From contig OY970359.1 in the NCBI GenBank assembly GCA_963718665.1, positions 2,176,001-2,240,000 on the forward strand: DNA of 64,000 nt, in the 5' to 3' direction. The stretch is from an uncultured Phycisphaerales bacterium (GTDB taxonomy: Bacteria; Planctomycetota; Phycisphaerae; Sedimentisphaerales; Anaerobacaceae). Positions 60,460 to 64,000 of the stretch are shown here, piece after piece. Below the pieces are notes generated by a model. The model was not told the DNA's origin and did not search any database. It was given only the letters and a program-made list of their open reading frames with translations. Every line of letters begins with the position of its first letter. The first letter of the stretch is position 1. A program made the translations under genes and the position numbers.

Positions 60460-61172
60460 TTATTCCGGTTGCGGTTCTTCGCAGTAATCCTTGATTACCC
60501 CCAGCTCGATCAGGGCATTGAGAGCGGCTTTCTGCTCGGCCTCTTTTTTGTTGTTGCCCCGGCGCTGGGAAAATGCCTCTGGTTAATCACAACCTGGATT
60601 TCGAAGCATTTATTATGGTCAGGCCCTTTTTCGTCCAAAAGCTCATAGGCGGGTGTCGTATTGAAGTGCTGCTGAGCAAATTGCTGTAAAATGGATTTGA
60701 AATTGCCCTGTGCCTGTTCAACACTGGCTTTTTGAATGATGTAGTCGAAGTTTTTAAGGATGAAAGTTTCTGCCGGCTCGAAGCCGCCGTCGAGATAAAT
60801 AGCCGCTATAAGGGCTTCGAGAAGGCCCGCGGCAAGCGAATGTGTGAGCGATTGGCTGCCCGCCATACCTTTCCCGACCTTGAGGAATTTGTGCAGGTTT
60901 AGATTCCGGGCGACTTGGGCGCAAGTCCCTCGCGAGACGAGCATGCTTTTCATTTTCGTCAGGTCGCCTTCAAGGTTGTCGGGGGAGCGTTCGAAAATGG
61001 TTTTACAGATTACCAGGGCAAGAACGGAATCGCCGAGGAATTCGAGACGCTCGTTGCTTAGCGTCCGTTTATCGACCGCTGAGGCGTGCATAAAGGCCTC
61101 CGCCAGAAGTTTGCGGCTGGAAAATCGGTAGCCGATAACCTGCTCGATTTGGTCCAGAATTTCCTGTTCCAT
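60460..61172 (-). CDS. rnc: Ribonuclease III with an apparent 1-nt frameshift near 60557-60562
   Basis: NERLEFLGDSVL, EALIAAIYLDGG, GPDHNK. The dsRBD tail GNNKKEAEQKAALNAL...PE* lies in another frame. Confidence 0.93.
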
Positions 61173-61266
61173 CAAATTGCCTTGTTTTAGAGTATCATCC
61201 CGAGCAGATTACGAACGCCGCTGGTGTAGGCGACCTTTGTAGCCGGCTCAATGATGTTATACAAAT

Positions 61267-61295
61267 ATATTACACAAAATATTTTCCTTTGTCAA
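61267..61295 (-). promoter_or_regulatory. sigma70 promoter of rnc
   Basis: TTGACA-N17-TAATAT on the minus strand. Confidence 0.7.
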
Positions 61296-61360
61296 GTATT
61301 TTATCCTCAAGATTGTTGCCCGGGGGATTGCGAAATAATTTTCGGATTGTATGAATCCCG

Positions 61361-63223
61361 TTATTGCTCACGATATGGCTGCCCCGCCTCGTAAAGTTTT
61401 ATCCGCTGCCGAATCTTACCGGCCAAATCCTCTCTGCCGGATGATTTGGCGATATTCAACGCTTTTTCCGCAATCCTCACTGCATCGTCAAATTTCCCAG
61501 CCGCCGCAAGGCCGTTTGCCAGTGCATCCAGACATTCAGCGTCCCTGTCCCCCGTCAGCTCACAGGCGCGTTTTGCATACCCGATTGCTTCGTTTGTTTT
61601 TCCTGCTGCCAATAGTGCAATCCCCATTCTCTTGTTGGCAGCCGGGTCTTCGGGATTCATTTCCAGTGATTTGGCGTAATATTTTATTGCCTCGTCGTAT
61701 TTCTTTTGCATTTCCAGCGCCGCGGCAAGATTGTAGTATATGTCCGCTGTCGCCTCATTGCGCCTTATAATTTCATTAAAGCAGGCGATTGCCTCGTTGA
61801 GCATCCCCTTCTTAAGATAAACACTCGCTAAATTGTTACGGGCCTCGGAATATGCGGGGCTTATCCGCACCGCGTTTTGCAAATGTTTCTCCGCCTCATC
61901 AAGCAACCCCAGTTCGGACAAAGCGCATCCGTAGCCGTTTTCCGCCAGAACATTGTCTTTTGTTACCTCGATGTCGTGTCCGAACAGCGTAAGGGAATTC
62001 TCCCAGTACTTTACCTGCATTCGGGTCAGTATAAGCAGCGACAACAACACTAATACTCCCATTACTGCTGCTGCCGTTTTTGCTCGCGGCCGGCTGGCTG
62101 TAAAATCCCTGACCGCCCAGCCGATAATTATCAGCAGGCCCAGCATCGGGATATACATATAACGATTTGCCATTCCCTGTGCGCCGGCCTGAACCAGCCC
62201 TATCACGGGAACAAGCGTCCCCACGTACCACAGCCACCCGACCGCTGCGTATTTTCTTCGCTGGCCCGCGTAAATGCTGGCAGCCGTCAGCAGTATAAAC
62301 AGTATTATGCATATCACTACGGGAGCATCTGAAAGTATCGCGCGGGGGTGCGGATAACATATTGCCAGACCGCTTGGCCATATCATTTTGACAATGTATT
62401 TTATGTAGGAAAGAAACATATTCGCAACTCGATATTCCAGCGGCAATCTCTCCAGCGTCGGGACTATTTCTCCTCCTCGTTGCGCAATGAAAGTCACTCC
62501 GCTCAATATGGCCGACATCGCCAGCAGCGGGGTTTTTTCCGCTATCAGCCATACAGGCGACCTATGATTCGTTTTACCATTCTTTGCTTCTACCTGATGT
62601 CCCCATTGAAACCGTTCTAACGGCCAGTAATCCAGCAATAGCAGCGCGAAAGGCAGCGTTACAACCACCGGCTTGGTCAAAATACAAAGACCGAATATCG
62701 CTAACACTAACAGATACCGGTTTAATCGAGGCACTTTTGCGTAGCGAATATACGCCGCCATTGTCAGCAGCCAGAACAGCCCGCTCAAAACCGTTTTCCG
62801 TTCCGCCGCCCACGCCACCGACTCTACCTGTATAGGATGTAGCGCGAATACCCCGGCGATAAATGCGCTTAACCATATTGCCCCGCCCAAACTCCTGAAA
62901 ATACCGAAGACAAGCAGGGCGTTGGCAATATGAATCGCAACACTGACTAAGTGATGACCTGTTGGGTTCAGCCCGAAAAGCTGACAGTCCGCCATATGGC
63001 TGAGCCATGTCAACGGATGCCAGTTTACCGCGTACGACTTTGTTAATGCCCATTTAATCGACTGCAGCGATATCCCGCCCGTTACGTTGGGATTTTCTGT
63101 TATATAGGAAGCATCATCATAGCTCACAAATCCGTTGTGCCGTATCGGCTCATAAGCGACAAGCGTCGTTATCACAATCGCTGAGCTTATAAGTAAGACA
63201 ATTTGTTTTTGGGTTAATCTCAT
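61361..63223 (-). CDS. TMTC-like GT-C membrane protein with C-terminal TPRs
   Basis: FVSYDD, NWHPLTWLSH, HPIQVESVAW..ERK, MANRYMY, then TPRs. Confidence 0.85.
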   Translation of the reverse strand: MRLTQKQIVLLISSAIVITTLVAYEPIRHNGFVSYDDASYITENPNVTGGISLQSIKWALTKSYAVNWHPLTWLSHMADCQLFGLNPTGHHLVSVAIHIANALLVFGIFRSLGGAIWLSAFIAGVFALHPIQVESVAWAAERKTVLSGLFWLLTMAAYIRYAKVPRLNRYLLVLAIFGLCILTKPVVVTLPFALLLLDYWPLERFQWGHQVEAKNGKTNHRSPVWLIAEKTPLLAMSAILSGVTFIAQRGGEIVPTLERLPLEYRVANMFLSYIKYIVKMIWPSGLAICYPHPRAILSDAPVVICIILFILLTAASIYAGQRRKYAAVGWLWYVGTLVPVIGLVQAGAQGMANRYMYIPMLGLLIIIGWAVRDFTASRPRAKTAAAVMGVLVLLSLLILTRMQVKYWENSLTLFGHDIEVTKDNVLAENGYGCALSELGLLDEAEKHLQNAVRISPAYSEARNNLASVYLKKGMLNEAIACFNEIIRRNEATADIYYNLAAALEMQKKYDEAIKYYAKSLEMNPEDPAANKRMGIALLAAGKTNEAIGYAKRACELTGDRDAECLDALANGLAAAGKFDDAVRIAEKALNIAKSSGREDLAGKIRQRIKLYEAGQPYREQ

Positions 63224-64000
63224 TTATTTCCGCTGGTACGCATGCCTGCCTGATAAAGTTCCATCCGTTTATGTATTTCGACGAACAAATTCTCTTGCCC
63301 TGAAATCCTCGCAGCGTTTAACGCTTTTTCGGCAATCCTCACTGCTTCGTCAAATTTTCCAGCTGCCGCAAAGCCGCTTGCCAGTGCATCCAGACATTCA
63401 GCGTCTTTGTCCGCTGTCAGCTCACAGGCGCGTTTTGCATACCCGATTGCTTTTTGGGCGTCCCGCACACTTGGTACGTCGGCTGTAGCAAGTATCCAGG
63501 CCAGGTTGTTGAGAATTTCAATACTGTTGGGTGACAGCTCCAGCGCCTTGGTCCAGTTTTTTATTGCATTTTCATACTGGCCCAACTGCTCGTATGCCAT
63601 GCCGAGATTTGCGTAAGCTTCCATTTCGTCGGGATTTATCCGCACAGCTTCTTTAAGATATCCGATGGCCTCTTCCGATTTGCCGGTCACGGTCAATATG
63701 GCTCCGATTCTGTTTTGGGCATCAGGATACATCGGGTCAAGTTTTATGGCCTTGGCAAGATGCTTTACGGCGTCGTCAAATTGTCCTTGTTCGCTCATCG
63801 CCACACCAAGCTGGTAGTGTATTTTCGCTGAATCACCAGCTTGTTGTAAAACACTGTTAAAGCACTCTATGGCCTCCTTAAATTTGCCCTGTAGCATAAA
63901 AGCATTGCCCAGGTTGTTGCGGGCGTTGGTATATAAAGGATTTAGGAGCAGAGAGTTGTTAAAATGCAGCACAGCTTCATTGAGGCGTTTTTCGGCGAGA
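63220..64000 (-). CDS. TPR-rich C-terminus of a probable second TMTC-like paralog; runs off the window end
   Basis: Tandem TPRs and LNNLAWILAT motif; shares a near-identical segment with the downstream gene. Confidence 0.8.
   Translation of the reverse strand, partial: LAEKRLNEAVLHFNNSLLLNPLYTNARNNLGNAFMLQGKFKEAIECFNSVLQQAGDSAKIHYQLGVAMSEQGQFDDAVKHLAKAIKLDPMYPDAQNRIGAILTVTGKSEEAIGYLKEAVRINPDEMEAYANLGMAYEQLGQYENAIKNWTKALELSPNSIEILNNLAWILATADVPSVRDAQKAIGYAKRACELTADKDAECLDALASGFAAAGKFDEAVRIAEKALNAARISGQENLFVEIHKRMELYQAGMRTSGNK

Noticed and set aside
61458..63452. DGR template/variable repeat pair
   Set aside because: Both copies are coding, the mismatches are not adenine-specific, and there is no reverse transcriptase in the window.

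Overview
This is a bacterial chromosome segment. The gene set and repeat style suggest an anaerobic planctomycete (Phycisphaerae/Sedimentisphaerales-like); that taxonomy is inferred. Housekeeping genes are hldD, hemB, tRNA-Ser(GCT), obgE, rpmA, pgi, manC, ruvX, mgtE and rnc, interspersed with many exported proteins. The main finding is a tightly coupled 14-kb operon (15415-29482). In it, an HdrCBA-MvhD-MetV-MetF module of the type used for methylene-THF reduction is interleaved with a split three-gene glutamate synthase. Its MetF appears to have lost folate-binding residues, and its HdrA carries a GltD-like NAD(P)H module, so it is a candidate Hdr-linked (possibly electron-bifurcating) glutamate synthase complex. 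Accessory features include a Ppl-like PHP-ATPase behind a 41-bp repeat array, a HAD-transmembrane fusion, an HNH-AP2 gene with a long structured leader, a TPR/Cys-rich/exported-protein trio bounded by a tRNA-like fragment, a 31-aa microprotein, palindromic repeats inserted in-frame into genes, and two apparent single-base frameshifts. All family calls come from motif recognition by eye; no searches were run.
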